The notes beneath the pieces are model-generated. The model was not told the DNA's origin. It ran no database searches and was given only the letters and a program-made list of their open reading frames with translations. The translations under genes were made by a program, and so were the position numbers. From the NCBI RefSeq assembly GCF_009914755.1, contig NC_060926.1: a stretch of 64,000 bases of DNA; one strand, given 5' to 3'. How positions within the stretch are numbered: position 1 is the first letter of the stretch; the number at the start of each line of letters is the position of its first letter. This document shows positions 14,805 through 28,799 of this stretch, piece by piece. The DNA is from the human T2T-CHM13v2.0 reference genome, Homo sapiens.

Positions 14805-16309
14805 TCATTATCTTATTATCATTATGATTTTTATGTTTTACTTAGAAATAGACCAAAAGTTTAGTAAAAAATTGAGTATAAATATTTTGATAATTTTGAA
14901 GCTAATTTGTCTATTTTTAATTATTGTCATTCATGCATTCATTTTACAAGTCATCATCTTCAATGATATAGCATTTAGTCATCAAAATAATATTGGGAAA
15001 CAAAAATAATGTTTTCAGCTGGAGCTAACCTAAAATAGCTTGGAAAATTCAGAGAAACATTAGAGATTTTCCTCTAGAGGTAAGTAAGTATATAGATTTC
15101 AGCTAGAGACCTCTAGAACTGATGCACATATCTACTTCAAGTGTTATTATTACATTCACTATGCTTAAGGCCAATCAAGCATCCTTCAAGAAACAAATAC
15201 TTCAGATGGAGAAGGTCTTTACTTCAAATTGTCCTCCTATTTGTGTTGGAGTTTGAAAAAGAATTCTTAATGATGAGCCACTGAATAGTGTTAGTTAACA
15301 CAGTCCTACTGATTAAGCATCAACTGATAAACCATAAAATTATAGGGAAGCATAAAGCAAAATGCTGAAAAGTTCCTCTGCCAACAGATTACAGCATCAG
15401 GGATGATGTGTTGCTAGTATTTTGTCTTTATACTGAGTATAAAGCCACTTCCATTATTGTTTGTCAGTATGGAATATATATGTATATTTTGTTTTGATCT
15501 TAAACTACCTTCAATTTCTTTATTTTCTTAAGGAAATGACACCCATCATAGAGCAAGTTTATCTGAAAACTTTTTTGTAAAATCATGATGTAATGACTTA
15601 AATTTGAGACCCTCTTCAGAACATATTTACCTAGTGAATCTTCTCACTTTACTGAGCAATCAAGATATTTTTATTACAAAGTAACTTTTATGTTATATGA
15701 TTAAAGAATACTCCAGCCAAACAAATGACTTGTAAAAAACAACGTGATTAGGTCACAACACAAACCTTCCTAAATTTTCTAGGCCTATCTATGTATTCAG
15801 CGTATTCTAGCAATACTATTCTGAAGCAAGGATTAGGCAGAATCAGTTTTGTCTTCTGAACAAAATTTACCATCATTTTAAATTATATTTGCCTATTTGT
15901 AGTTTTTCCCATTTTTCTTATTTTTTAGACACGCCTCCCCCACCACCACCGCAATTTAACTGGCTCTGATCCTATCTCTAGCTAGAAGATTCTGTTAGAA
16001 ATGCTGCAAATTTCAACATAATTTTTTTTCTGCTAAGAGATATTTGTCATCTGCCTTTTGCTTTCTATCAGGCCCTTGTGATTTTTTGTTAGGACTGATT
16101 TAAGAACTTACCAATGGCCCTGACAGTATCTCATTTCCTTACAAGCCATCCTCAACACTTCTGCCTAAGCGAGTTCTCTAAAATATAAACCTGAGTTTTG
16201 TTTTTGCTTTTGTTTTTGTTTTGCTTAAGTTTTTTATTTCTTCTATATCATCCTCAGAATTAATGTCAAACTTTACTGTGATATACAAGATTATACTTAC
16301 CTCTTTAAT

Positions 16310-16555
16310 CCTCAACTCTGACCAAAGTGTTTAAGTTCTAGCTCAATAGTTAGTTGGGTTGCCTTTGGCAAGTCACTTAAGTCACTTAAACTCTATAGGC
16401 CTCTATATACTTATTTGTAAAATATTAGAAATAATAGTATTATTTTCAGAAGTTATTGTTGAGAAGATTAAATGAGTTAATATAGGTTAAGATGCTCAGA
16501 ATGATGCCTGGCACAAAATAGAAACTATATAACTTTAGCCACTGTTACTATTTTG
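16310..16555 (+). mobile_element. MIR
   Basis: ggcaagtcacttaa...tgtaaaat...gattaaatgagttaatata...gcctggcaca core. Confidence 0.8.
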
Positions 16556-17849
16556 TTGTTGCTGTTTTGTTGTTGTTGCTATGTTTATTTTTCCTATCAT
16601 AGCCTTATGAAACCAGTACAAACACATGTAATGCTGCAGCCATAATGATCTGATCATACTTAGTTAGCATTCCTTTGTCTCTCTTTATTACTTCTTTTTG
16701 CTCTTCAAGATTTACTTCATGTTTCAATCCCGTGACCAGCCTCCACATAGGTTGCCTGCTCATATGACATATAAGTACTTCTGTGTGTGTATATATATAT
16801 ATATATATATGACACTTAAGCTTCTTTGTTATCTATATTAAAAGATTGTAAATATTTTAAAGTCAGGAACTGGTTTGTTGTGAGCTTTTCATTTCTAATC
16901 CCTGAACCTCTAACAAAACAAAGTCTGGTGTATACATATATTAAATATTTGATGAATATTTGAATCATTTTTGTGAAATAGAGACAAGCAGACTCTCCTC
17001 AGTTGAATTTTCTTCTCTCTGTTAAAACATCACTTGCTACTTTGGGGTTTTATTGTTAAGGTTTTTTTTTCAGTGCATCTAGAAAGAAATCTAATACTCA
17101 GAACCTGCCTTTCTCTTTAGGGCTAAAAGATTAGTAGCAGCAACCTCAGGTCAAGTACAAAACAAGCTTTTGTATTTTTGAATGAAGATACAATTTGTTG
17201 AGAGGAGTTACAAGAAAATCTTCTCAAAGCAAAATAGTTTTTAGTAAAGAAGGAGTTAAAAAAAATAGCAACTATTATACTGAACTGATTTCTACTGTTA
17301 ACCAATTTTAGCCAGTTAGTATACTGCCCATGTAATCAAGAACTGCTTTTCTGAAATTTTATATGCACTTTTTATTTTCTGTTTTATAAGTAAGCCTCAT
17401 CTTTTTCATTGATTACCATTAGTGTGAGAAGAGCAGTGGTCCAGAAACAACCCATGAATTGCATTATCTAATTTAATTAAGGTGAAATGGAAGTTTCTCT
17501 GAAGATTGAACAGTCAGCAGACAACTAAAAATGAAACTTTAAACTAGCTTTGTAGTGGACATAAGCTTCTGCCATTTACCATGACTATCTACTTTTACTT
17601 TCTTTGACAGGTTTATGAATAATTCCACAGACAATACAGTGCTGGAGTTGTATGAGCAACACAGGTGTTTCCATAAATTAATCTATTGCTTAGTCCCAAA
17701 CAATCGTAGGATAAAATCCTTAACTCTAATTTTATGAACTATCCTTTTGATTGTGTGCCACTCAAGTCTATAAAAAACATTTTATAGTATCAGTGTAATC
17801 TCATTTGATCCCAATATCCGTGAACTCTCCTTGCCATGAGATTTCCTGG

Positions 17850-18099
17850 TCTAAATTTACAACAACAACAACAACAAAAAAAATTGTATTTGTTTTCTTT
17901 ACCTGAGAAGTAAAGCCAGTTTTGCCATGAGCTCTTCACAACTCATATCCTCATTCTCCTTTCATAAGAATTCCATCGAGGATCCAAATTATGGCCTTTG
18001 AATGGTTTTCTTCCACATAAGACTAATTGCCCTATACAGGAATCAAACCTGCAATTGTAATCTCATTAGCACCATATTCTAACCAATTTAGCTGACTCC
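17850..18099 (-). repeat. Left arm of a long inverted repeat; 5' part of a tRNA-Ile(AAT)-headed ancient SINE (MamSINE1-like)
   Basis: Reverse complement reads GGAGTCAGCTAAATTGGTTAGAATATGGTGCTAATGAG...GGTTTGATTCCTGTA, resembling tRNA-Ile with A/B boxes; 17850-18087 pairs with 18709-18935. Confidence 0.85.
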
Positions 18100-18708
18100 T
18101 ATTTACTTATTCAAAAATCAGCAAATGGAAAATTATTTTCTTAAGCTTAATGTAAATTCAAACTACTCATTTTATTCTTTCTGGCAAAAGGCTCACAATA
18201 ATAGATATTGAAGTTACTAGACCCTTTCATAAACAGTATGAAGTCTTACAAGAAATAAATGTAAAAATTGATTTAAAGAATAACTGAAAAAGAAAAATAT
18301 TTTAGACATTAGGGTAAAATGTGAGAGAATAAAACAAGTAATACTGAATACTGAATATTTGCTCTATTTAGGTAACAGAAAGCAAATCATTTGGTAAGAA
18401 TTCAGCATGCAATAGCTGATATCAGCATCATCTCAGGAACTGTTCTTACAAAGTTTTATCTCTGTTCGAAAGATGGGCGTCTATTCAGATGCAAATCCAG
18501 AACCAAGTCTCGGGATGTGCAGTCAATGAATCAAGTTCTCATCCTCTATTTGTTAGAACTTCAATGTGTGCCAACTTGCTACAGTGCATTTGAAGGAAAA
18601 CAGTTAATGCCTGGTACTTTCCTTACAACCTTAAACTTTATCCTTACCCCAGGAATGTATCTTTTTCCTGAAAGCCACTTACGGTCAACGTTCTACTGAT
18701 GGAAGCAC

Positions 18709-19090
18709 ATTGGTTAGAATATGGTGCTAATGAGATTACAATTGCAGGTTTGATTCCTGTATAAGGCAATTAGTCTTACGTGGAAGAAAACCATTCAAAG
18801 GCCATAATTTGGATCCCCAATGGAATTCTTATGAAAGGAGAATGAGGATATGAGTTGTGAAGAGCTCATGGCAAAGCTGGCTTCACTTCTTAGGTAAAGA
18901 AAACAAATACAATTTCTTTTTTTTGTAAATTTAGAGTATGTAGCTTGTCTACTGGACAGTAGCATCATCATTTTATATGATGTTACATATAGTTATGTAA
19001 GTGGACACTTAAATGGAATATGGACTCAGCGCATTTCTCCTTTAGCTCCATGCCATTGGAAATCACTTGGAATTGGCGGGCATACTGAAC
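18709..19090 (+). mobile_element. Right arm of the inverted repeat plus the remaining 3' part of the MamSINE1-like SINE
   Basis: 18709-18935 matches the left arm (7 transitions plus a CAA/A tract difference); continues cagtagcatcatc... into an RTE-like tail. Confidence 0.7.
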
Positions 19091-19628
19091 ATAGATCAGA
19101 ACTGCAGAATGCAAAGAATAATTGAGAAATGGCCCGCTGCTAGAACAATTATTAAGACTCATTATTTAATTGCTATAAATATTCTATCAAACTGAGCAAT
19201 ACCAAACTTAAAAACACATTCATTTAGATACATTTACTAAGATAAACAATTAAATTTAATTTAATTTTATCCAGTTTGCTTTGTATATTGCAAATCTTTG
19301 CTCATCAACATGGATTTTGGAAGTATATTTTATATGTGCCATATGTTTTCTGCATATTAGCCAGTTGTTGGTGTATTAAAAGTAAGGTTAAAAAACTCAA
19401 CCTGTTTTTAGGTTTATTGTATATATTAAATTACTTTTCACATATTTGATTGTTTTAATAACTCTATAGCATTTTTAACAGGAATAAGTAGCTACCGTAG
19501 GGAATTTGGAAAATATATAAAAGTGTAAATTAAATGAAAATATGAGGTATTCACATTTCCTGCCAATACACGTAATCGTATCATTGCATGTCCTTTTGTT
19601 CCTTTTCTCTATACAAGAAAAATATATT

Positions 19629-19900
19629 GGCCATGCACGGTGGCTCACACCTGTAATCCCAGTGCTTTGGGAGGCCAAGGCAGGTAGATCACTTAAGGTT
19701 AAGAGTTTGAGACCAGCCTGGCCAACATGGGGAAATATCATCTCTACCAAAAATACAAAAATTAGCCAGGCCTGGTGGTGGGCACCTGTAATTCCAGCTA
19801 ATCAGGAGGTGAGGCAGAGGTTGCAGTGAGCCAAGATTGTGCCACTGCACTGCAGCCTAGGTGACAGAGTAAGACTCTATCTCAAAAAAAAAAGAAAAGA
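19629..19900 (+). mobile_element. AluS with an internal right-arm deletion
   Basis: ggaggtgaggcagaggttgcag lacks the gagaatcgcttgaaccc segment; TSD aagaaaaatatatt. Confidence 0.93.
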
Positions 19901-19939
19901 AAGAAAAATATATTAATATGAAAGATGGAATCAAATACA

Positions 19940-21198
19940 TAAAGATACTTTGAAAAGTTCATGTTAAATGGAATTAAAAGATAAAAATATAAACTTTATT
20001 TCTCAACATAAACCCCATCAAGACATTATTTAAAGCAATGATACCAGCATTTTAGTCCATCCCTAAAGTATTAAGGATTGTGGGAATTTAACCATGTAAT
20101 GCAGTCTTTTTTACATTATAACTGAAGAAAATTAAATGCCCTTTATACATTTTTTTAAGATTAGGAAACAAAAAGAATTCAGAAGAAGCCAAATCAGGAC
20201 TGTAATATGGATGCCTAATGATTTCCCATCAAAACTCTCCCAAAATTGCTCTTGTCTGATAAGAGGAGTGAGTAGGAGCATTGTTGTGGTGGAGAAGGAC
20301 TCTCTGGTGAAGCATCCCAGGAGTTTTCTTCCTAAATCTTTGGCTCTTTTTCTCAAAACACTCATAATATGCAGCTGTGATCATTCTTTGGCCCTCAGGA
20401 AAGTCAACAGCGAAAATGCCTTGAGCATCGCAAAAAAACCGTTGCCATGACTTTTGCTCTTGATTGGTTTGCTTTTGCTTTGCCTGGATGACTTCTACCT
20501 CTTGGTAGCCATTGCTTTGATTGTGCTTTGTCTTCAGGATCATACTGGTAAAGCTATGTTTCATCTCCTGTTACAATTCTTAAAAGAAATGCGTTAGGAT
20601 CTTGATTCCACTTGGTTAAAATTTCCGTTGAAATCTCTGCTCACATCTGCAGCTGATTTGGGAGCAATGGGTTGGCACCCATCAAGTGGAAAGTTGGCTC
20701 AACGTTTACTTTTTCAGTCAGAATTGTATAAGCTGAATTAATTGAGATGTCTATGGTGTTGGCTGTTGTTTCTGCTGTTAACCATTGATCCTCTTCAATT
20801 AGGGCACAAACAAGATTAACTTTTTTTTTTTTGTAAATTGACATAGATGGTCTGCTACTGTGGACTTCATTTGCAACATCTTCTTTTTCCTTCTTGAAAT
20901 AAGTTATCTGTTTGTAAACTGCTGATTTCTTTGGAGCATTGTCTCCATAATCTTTTTGTAAAGCATCAGTGATTTTGCCATTCTTCCACCCAAGCTTCAC
21001 CATACACGTGATGTTTGTTCTTGCTTCCATTTTAGTAGAATTCAAGTTGCTCTGATAGAAGCTCTTGTAAAACTCATGTCTTATCCTTCTTAGTGCCTCA
21101 AACTAGATTCTGTTCAGAGATCTTATAACAAGTGAGTGAAAGTTTTTTGTAGTGCAAAAAGTACATATTTTCCCTGATCTTCTTGAAGATCCCTTTTA
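19940..21198 (-). mobile_element. Hsmar2 mariner, near full length, transposase pseudogene
   Basis: Degenerate TIRs (tttgaaaagttcatg / ttttccctgatcttcttgaagatccc); ORF pieces MNSTKMEARTNITCMVKLGWKNG, VTGDET, LLHHNNA, YSPDLASSEF; frameshifted; second and third catalytic Asp altered. Confidence 0.95.
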
Positions 21199-21801
21199 CA
21201 GGCAAAACTGTAGCCTACTTTTTCCCATTTCATGATTATTTTCTATCAGTTTTTTTAAAATACCACTTTAATGGCTGTATAATCTTCCACTCTAGGTATG
21301 TACTTACTTAACTAACTACTATCCAAATCTTGGAATTTATGTTTTTATATTAGAAATAATATGACAGTGAACATCTTTGTCTACAAATGTGGCCTAATTT
21401 TTCATTGGTTCTTTAGTAATACTAAAGACTGACATTGTTACTTTAAAATGTTTGAATGTGTACAAGTCCTTTGTCATAAATTGCCAAATTTCTTACACCT
21501 TTCCTAAATCATTCAAATTTATTTTGCTACTATCACAATACAGGACACTCAGTTCTTTACAGTCTCACTGCCTCTACTACCATTATTTTAAAACTAGGAG
21601 CACCACAATGTTATGTAATTCCTAGAACTTGCTTTGTATAACTCTTTTTATTTCTAAGCAAATTTACATGGTAAAAGACATATCATTCATATGTTTTTAT
21701 TTTATTACCCTCAAAATCATACATATATTATTTAGAAAGATATATTGTAGACACAAAGCAATATTAACTTTTTATAAATTAATGAAAATAGACATTACCA
21801 A

Positions 21802-21807
21802 CATATA

Positions 21808-21845
<38 letters not shown>

Positions 21846-21878
21846 CACATATATATATAATTATATATATGTATATGA
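21802..21878. repeat. (TG)n(TA)n microsatellite
   Basis: Directly visible. Confidence 0.9.
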
Positions 21879-23265
21879 TTTAAAAGGTAAAATTGTTTAA
21901 ATGTGGCCCAAAATATATTAGGAATTACTGATATGGCCATTAGACCACAAAAATTATAGATTGTAATGTGACCTCTGCCATAAGGCTTCTAGAAGGGAAA
22001 TGGCAACCTAACTTTTATGAGACCTGCTTTTGGTATCGTTAATAAAGTGTCGAGTCATTACTCAGCCTACTGGAGGCTGCGTTTGAAAATTCTGTTAGGA
22101 TTTTTTGAGAAGACAAACTAAATATACAAAATCTTCTCCAGATTTAGTCATTCATGTGTGCCTGGGTTTGCCTCTTCTTCTCCCAGCTTTGTTCTTTCTT
22201 TATTTTTGCCCTGAAAATATTATCCCAATTCTGGTCAAATATTCCACTTGCACTTAAAACCATATACCAGTGAAAATACTGAATTAGCAGCAGATTGACA
22301 CATTTTTCTAGATTTTTCTAGAATTTTCTCTTGCCAATATCCGAGATGTTCATGAAAGTCTCTGCTTCCATGTTGGGCTAAATTTTCTCTATCAAAAGAC
22401 ATATTTAATTAGAAGAAAGATGTCTTCCAATGTTGGTTGTGTATTTAATTCACAAATTAAAATACACTGCTAATTAGCAACTTTTAGATTTCTTTCTATT
22501 GAAAGTTAAACAGTGTTTTAGAATTCAAGGTACCAAAAAATCTGTACACATTGAAAAAGAGTAGGTGAAGTCCCTATCTAACCTTCCCAAGTCCAAAATA
22601 AAATGGTTTTCCTTAAATTGATATTAATATGAGATTTAATGTTTTTCAATGAAAGAATGAGTGTTCTTTGTGAACCGTAGACTTCACTGGAGTCTTTCAC
22701 CTGTGCCTATAGATTCCTATAGGATGTACAGTAAAAGCATTCTAAAGCATGAAGGTGCTTTCAAACAGCAAGAGCCCTGTAAGTACTTCAGAAGAATTTC
22801 CAATCTAGGACCAGCCAAGAGCATAGTAGTGTAAGTGGTAAACCAGTGATTTTCATGTTGGTGATCTCCCTCTCTTTAGATGCCACTGGACACCCATGAC
22901 TCCCCAGAAAAGCATCTGCTGTCCCATAGGCACCCATCCTCCACACCTCTTCTGTTTTTTCTTATCTTTAATTCTAGTCTCGATTTTATTTCATTCACAA
23001 TTCCATGCAGTTAAAACTAAAATTGCTGATTGTGTGTCAGATTTTTGGAAAGAACATCTTAATCTGAAAGAATGACTTCTATAATGGAATTGGATCAATG
23101 CCTAAAATCACACAAGTTTTATTAATTAAAACTGTAATGTTACAAAATCGCAAATTACTAAAGGGTATGTAATGAAAAGTCTCCATTCTGCTCTTGCCCA
23201 CACATTCCCATCACCCATTTCCCCTCCTCAGGAGCAACCACTATCAAAAGTTTCTTGTGTATCCC

Positions 23266-23563
<298 letters not shown>

Positions 23564-25249
23564 TTATTTGTAAGCACTTCTGTCAGTTCCTTGTAAGTTC
23601 TACACAAACAAGAGCAGTATATACACGATGTCCTGTACTTTGCTATTTGAAATATAGTGATATCACAAAGACATTTTATTTTCTCACATATAAAGTTGCC
23701 TCATTTTTTAATGGATTCATAGTCCATTAGATGGGTGGAGCATTATTTCTTTTATCAGTTAGTATTGCTGGATATTTAGCAAATTTTCAAATTTTTATTC
23801 TTATAAACAATACTGCAAATGATTATTCTTTTATATATGTAGAATTTTCTTGATATAGGATGTGGACATTTTAAAAACTTCTAACATTTAGTGCTAAATT
23901 GCCCTCCATGGAAATTGTACCAGTAGTTCACCAGAGTTTATCTTTATCCTTACCAGCATACCACATCGAACATTTTTATTTTTGCCCATGAGAAGCAAAA
24001 ATTGTATATTGTATTTTAAGTATGAATTTCTTTTCATGAGGTTGGACATATTTTTGTCATATATATTGCTTTTCTTCAAATCATACTAATTTAATACCTG
24101 GCCTTATCTATGCACCCCTAAGAAAAATATTCTGTGACCATTAACCACTTGAGAAAAAATGCAGATTTATTGTAAATAGCAGGTTAACCACTGTTCAGTG
24201 ACCTCTTTATAACATGAAAACACTGTCTCAACATTTTCTTCTCCAGGGTAAATAATTCCTTTCCCAATGGCTATAAACTGCTAAACTCAGTTCATAGCTA
24301 ATTAATTAGTTTAGGCTGTTAAAAACCTCTGAATGTTTTGTAAAAATGTCAACTCAATTGATTATCTTGTTAGCAGAATACTAATCAAAACTTTGTTAAA
24401 TGAATTGCATTTTTGAGAGATTGTGTTGAACTCTTCAGGTTTTAAAATAGATAAACCATGAACAATCTACAAAATTCACATTCAAAACAGTATACAATGA
24501 AAGTAACTCATCTATGCTCCTCGATCTGCCATCAGACAGTACTTCTCCCAGAAGACAAACACCTTTAACTAATTTCTTTGCAAGAGAGAGGCAGAGAGAA
24601 AGCTCACAAGTATATATTGTTATCAAGCCAAATAGTCACACTATCAGCACCTTGCCTTTGTTCTTCCAGACAACATATCAACATGTTTTAGAGACGTTTT
24701 CATATCAGTATGTCTAAAGTCATATCATTCTTTTTAGCAGCTATGTGGTATTGTAATGGGTAGACATGCTTTAGTCCATAATACTGGATATTTAGATTAT
24801 ATGCAGCACAAATTGCCTACATCATCAAAAATGTTGCAGTAAACTATCATGTGCACATGCCATTTCCCATATATGCAAGAGCATCTGCAGGATAAATTAT
24901 TAGGAGAAATCTTTGATAAAATGGTAGGTATATTTTCAGTTAACACATGTTGTTGTATTGCCTTTCCTGGCAATTGATGCCGATTATACATTCACTTCAA
25001 CATGTCTCTATATCAGAATGTTTCTACACAGCCTGAACAACCCAGTGTATTTTCAATATTTTTATATTTGTCAGTCTTTGAGAAAGGAAATTGTGTTTTG
25101 CTGTAGTTTTTTTTGTTTGGTACGTTTTCCTTTTTATTTTCTAAATTGGAATCATATTGTCTATTTCATTTTTTAGTCTGCTTTTATTCATTTAGCAAAA
25201 TATTTAGAACATTTCACATTTATTATTCTTTATAAACAATATTTTAATA

Positions 25250-26300
25250 AACTTATTTTGTAATATTTTTAAATTTACATAAATATTTCAGAGATAACAC
25301 ATTTGTATTTTCTCTCTCACTTATATATTTATTCAGTCATTTATTTATATTGCTATGGACTTACGTATATTATATAACTTTAGGTTGTAATCCAACACTC
25401 TGCTGTTTATTTTGTTGCTCAGATTCTTTCAGATGTAGCCATTGGGAGCTCTTTCATTTTTTTTATTTTTTATTTGTATTTATTTTTGAGACAGGGTCTC
25501 ACTTTGTCACCCAGGCTGGAGTTCAGTGACACGTCACAGCTCAGGTGACCCTCCCACCTTAGCCTCCCAAGTAGCTGAGACCATAGGTGCATGCCACCAC
25601 ACCTGGCTAATTTTTTTTTTTTTTTATTTTGTAGAGACAGGGTCCGCCTATGTTGCCCAGGTAGGTCTCAAACTCCTCAGCTTAAGTCTTAAGTGATCCT
25701 CCTGCCTTGACCTTCCAAAGTGTTGAGATTACAGGTGTGAGCCATCTAGCCTGGTGGAAGTTCTTTCAGGTTGTTGCCTATGTCCTTTTGATCACAGTCC
25801 CCAACATTTTGTTCCTTGAGCACTTCTTTATTTTCTGGTTCAAGATGCTCCTGGATCATCTTGTACTTCCTTGCCTACACCTGCAATCAACCATTTCTCC
25901 AAGGACCCCTGGTTCCCTTTATTGGAGAATGGTATTTATAAATGAAAATCTGGATACTGTTTATGTTTGTTGCTACTGGAGATTCATTGCTTCAAAGCCA
26001 TGTTAGTGCACAGAGTTAGGTAACACACACACACACACACATATATGTATAAAATTATGTCTGTATCTATCCCTCTGTTTATATATTAAGGTAAACATGA
26101 ATTCCTGTTTATGTCTCCAACCCTTATCCAGTAGTACATTCTAGTCTTCCTTTTTTATTTCTCTGTAACTTCCATCTCTGAGGGTGTGAACAACATGGCT
26201 GTCTCCATCCAACATCCGTTTACTTATTCATTCAACCCCACAACAAACATAAAGCCATTTCAGAATTATAACCTGTATCCCTATAAGAATATAACCTTAT
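25250..26300 (-). mobile_element. L1MC/MD-like 3' UTR fragment, split by an AluJ
   Basis: gccattgggagctctttca; ccatttctccaaggacccctggttccctttattggagaatggtattta. Confidence 0.75.
25457..25755 (-). mobile_element. AluJ with an internal deletion
   Basis: agacagggtctcact; degenerate TSD gRagYtctttca. Confidence 0.9.
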
Positions 26301-27939
26301 CAACCCCTGTATGAGGCTATTAGACAAACTCAGTAAATAGAAGTTGAGATATACATGTTTATAAAATAACACTAATTAGGCCTATTTCTTCAAGTCCTCA
26401 TAAATATGTGTAGTGTTATGTCATTGTGTCATGCACAATTTGTGTATGTGTGTATATGCACACCTGTCTCATAGGCACGAGTGCCCAAGAACTCATGCAT
26501 AGGAGTGCTTACAGAAATGTAATTTGCATTTTACAGTATCAAAGCTTAGGTAGAATATTTTAATAGCTGCACTTTATTTCAGAATTTATAGTTACAAATT
26601 GTTGTTTCTTACTAATTGTAAATTCAATTCATGGCCTTTGTCAGTATTTTAGAAAACAGCAAAGAAAGATAATATAAATTACATATATTTCTACTACCTA
26701 CAAATAGTTATTATTAACATTTTCTTGCATTTCCTTTCAGAATTTTTTCTATGACTACGTATTTGAATGCAGATTATTATAGAATTTGCATTCAACTATA
26801 TCACTAATATATACCGTATATACTGTTCCTAATTCATTTAAATAAAGAACATTTCACCATTATCTTCTAATATATTTCCTTAATATCTGCATTTATTACA
26901 ACTTATGAATTTGTCATAACTTATTTAATCATATCCTATGATATGATGTTTATAGTCCTACTTTTTCTTTTTTCCTATTTCTCATTTCTTGGGAGGAATT
27001 CCTAAATATGAAACTACCACAGTTAATGATGTGAAAGATTAATGTCTTTTTTATATAGATTTCAGGCAACCAACCATATCAATGATATTTAAGTTGCCCG
27101 TCTCACACCACTCTCTCAATATTATGAACTTGGAAGAATCCATTATGTCCTTTGCCCATTTTTTTCCTATTGGCTTCAGTGTTTGGTTGATTTTAATCAT
27201 TTTTCTTCATATTAAAGATATTCAATCTTTATCCATTATCTTTGATACAAATAAGTTTCTCCCTTATGTGATTTATACCTTCATTTTATAGAAATGAAAA
27301 AAAGCAAATACATTTGTGATTACTTTTCTAGACCAGAACTGAAAATCATGTTATGCCATTTATTTATAAAAGATGTACACTCAGATAACTTTGACTAATA
27401 ATTTGACTTCCTTTTCACAAAACCATAAATAATAAAACTTTATTTTCAAACTTGTGTATTCATCAAAAAAATTATTTGACTCCATATTGCATGCTTTTTT
27501 CATAACATAATAATCGTGTGTACTGGTATACAATTTTTAAAATACTATTCATAATCTTATACAATCCCTCTAAACCTTGTGCTTTTCCTCTCTAAAAGTT
27601 GAAGAAATAGAGGTATTATATGGTCAAGTGGTTTTCTGAGGACTAGCTGCATATGTAACGGCAATGTCAAGTTTAGAACCTGAAGTTTGTCTACTCTAAC
27701 CAGAAAAAGAATATTAAAGTTATTTGTTTGTGTTAAATTTTTCCCAGAATTGTTTTTCAAGAAGGGAGCAATTCAATAAACTGTTGCTCTTTTTTGATTT
27801 TGGATGAGGGAAGACATTGGATAACATTATAAAAGATAAGGTTAAGTCAGATTGGACATTTGAAGAGAAAAAGCATGTTGCAATATACCATCAAGAGATG
27901 GGCCATACATTTTGCAGCCCTCGTGGAGCATTAAAAATG

Positions 27940-28330
27940 ATCCTTCACCTGCACTTAGAATAAAAGCCACACAGCTTACTGTGGCCCAATGAGACAGACA
28001 TGATCTGGCTTCTGCCTGTTTCTCTAACCTCATTTGTTTGACTTTCCTGCTCTTTGTGCTTCAAGCATCCTGGGCTGGCCTCCACTCTATTGCAAGAAAA
28101 TGTCAGGTTATTTCCATGTCAGAGACTTTGCATTTTGTATTTCTTCTACCTAGAGACTCTGCCCTTTGGCCTCTGAATATCTGGGTTTTATTTAATTCTT
28201 GGTCTGTTTTGTGCGTCTGGAGTTCCTGGTCCCCTATTTAAGGGTGCCTCTCCTCCATTTATTCACTGTCATATTGCTCTGTTTATTTCCTGTAAAGCAC
28301 TTTCCATGACTAGTTGGTGAGGGACCATGT
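27940..28330 (+). mobile_element. L2 fragment
   Basis: gcacttagaataaaa, atgatctggcttctgcct, actttgcatt motifs. Confidence 0.65.
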
Positions 28331-28344
28331 TCACTTCTTCAGGG

Positions 28345-28495
28345 AGACAAGAGTGTATAGTCCATAGCCAGACAACCTAGACCAAATTCTACTTCGCTAC
28401 TATGGTTGCATGACATTAGACAAGTCTCTTAGTCTCTCTGTCTCTCAGTTTCCTTATGTATAAAATGTACTTAATGAAATACTCTTACAGGAAAT
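28345..28495 (+). mobile_element. MIR
   Basis: acaagtctcttagtctctctgtctctcagtttccttatgtataaaatg. Confidence 0.7.
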
Positions 28496-28799
28496 AGAAC
28501 TACATGCTCTATACAGTTTTTTCATTAATTCTTCTCTTGTTAATGCAGGTCTGTGGAGTAATGGGAGGATACAGAAAGGAAATCTTATTCCATTTTACAT
28601 CAAATAAGGCATTAATTGTTGTAATACTTTTCATTTATTTTGTTTTGTTTTCTAAACATAGAGATCTTAGGATTCCAAGGATTCCTAGGAGGTCTCCTGT
28701 TTCCCAGCTTTGTACCCTTGATCTTGGGTCTGCTTCTGGCTTCTCTGCTCCCTTTTGTATTAATAGTAAAACTCCTCTAGAGCTCTGTCTGTGCTTCCT

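Noticed and set aside
18025-18099. tRNA-Ile(AAT) gene
   Set aside because: Stems are broken by many substitutions and it continues into SINE body sequence; treated as a SINE head.
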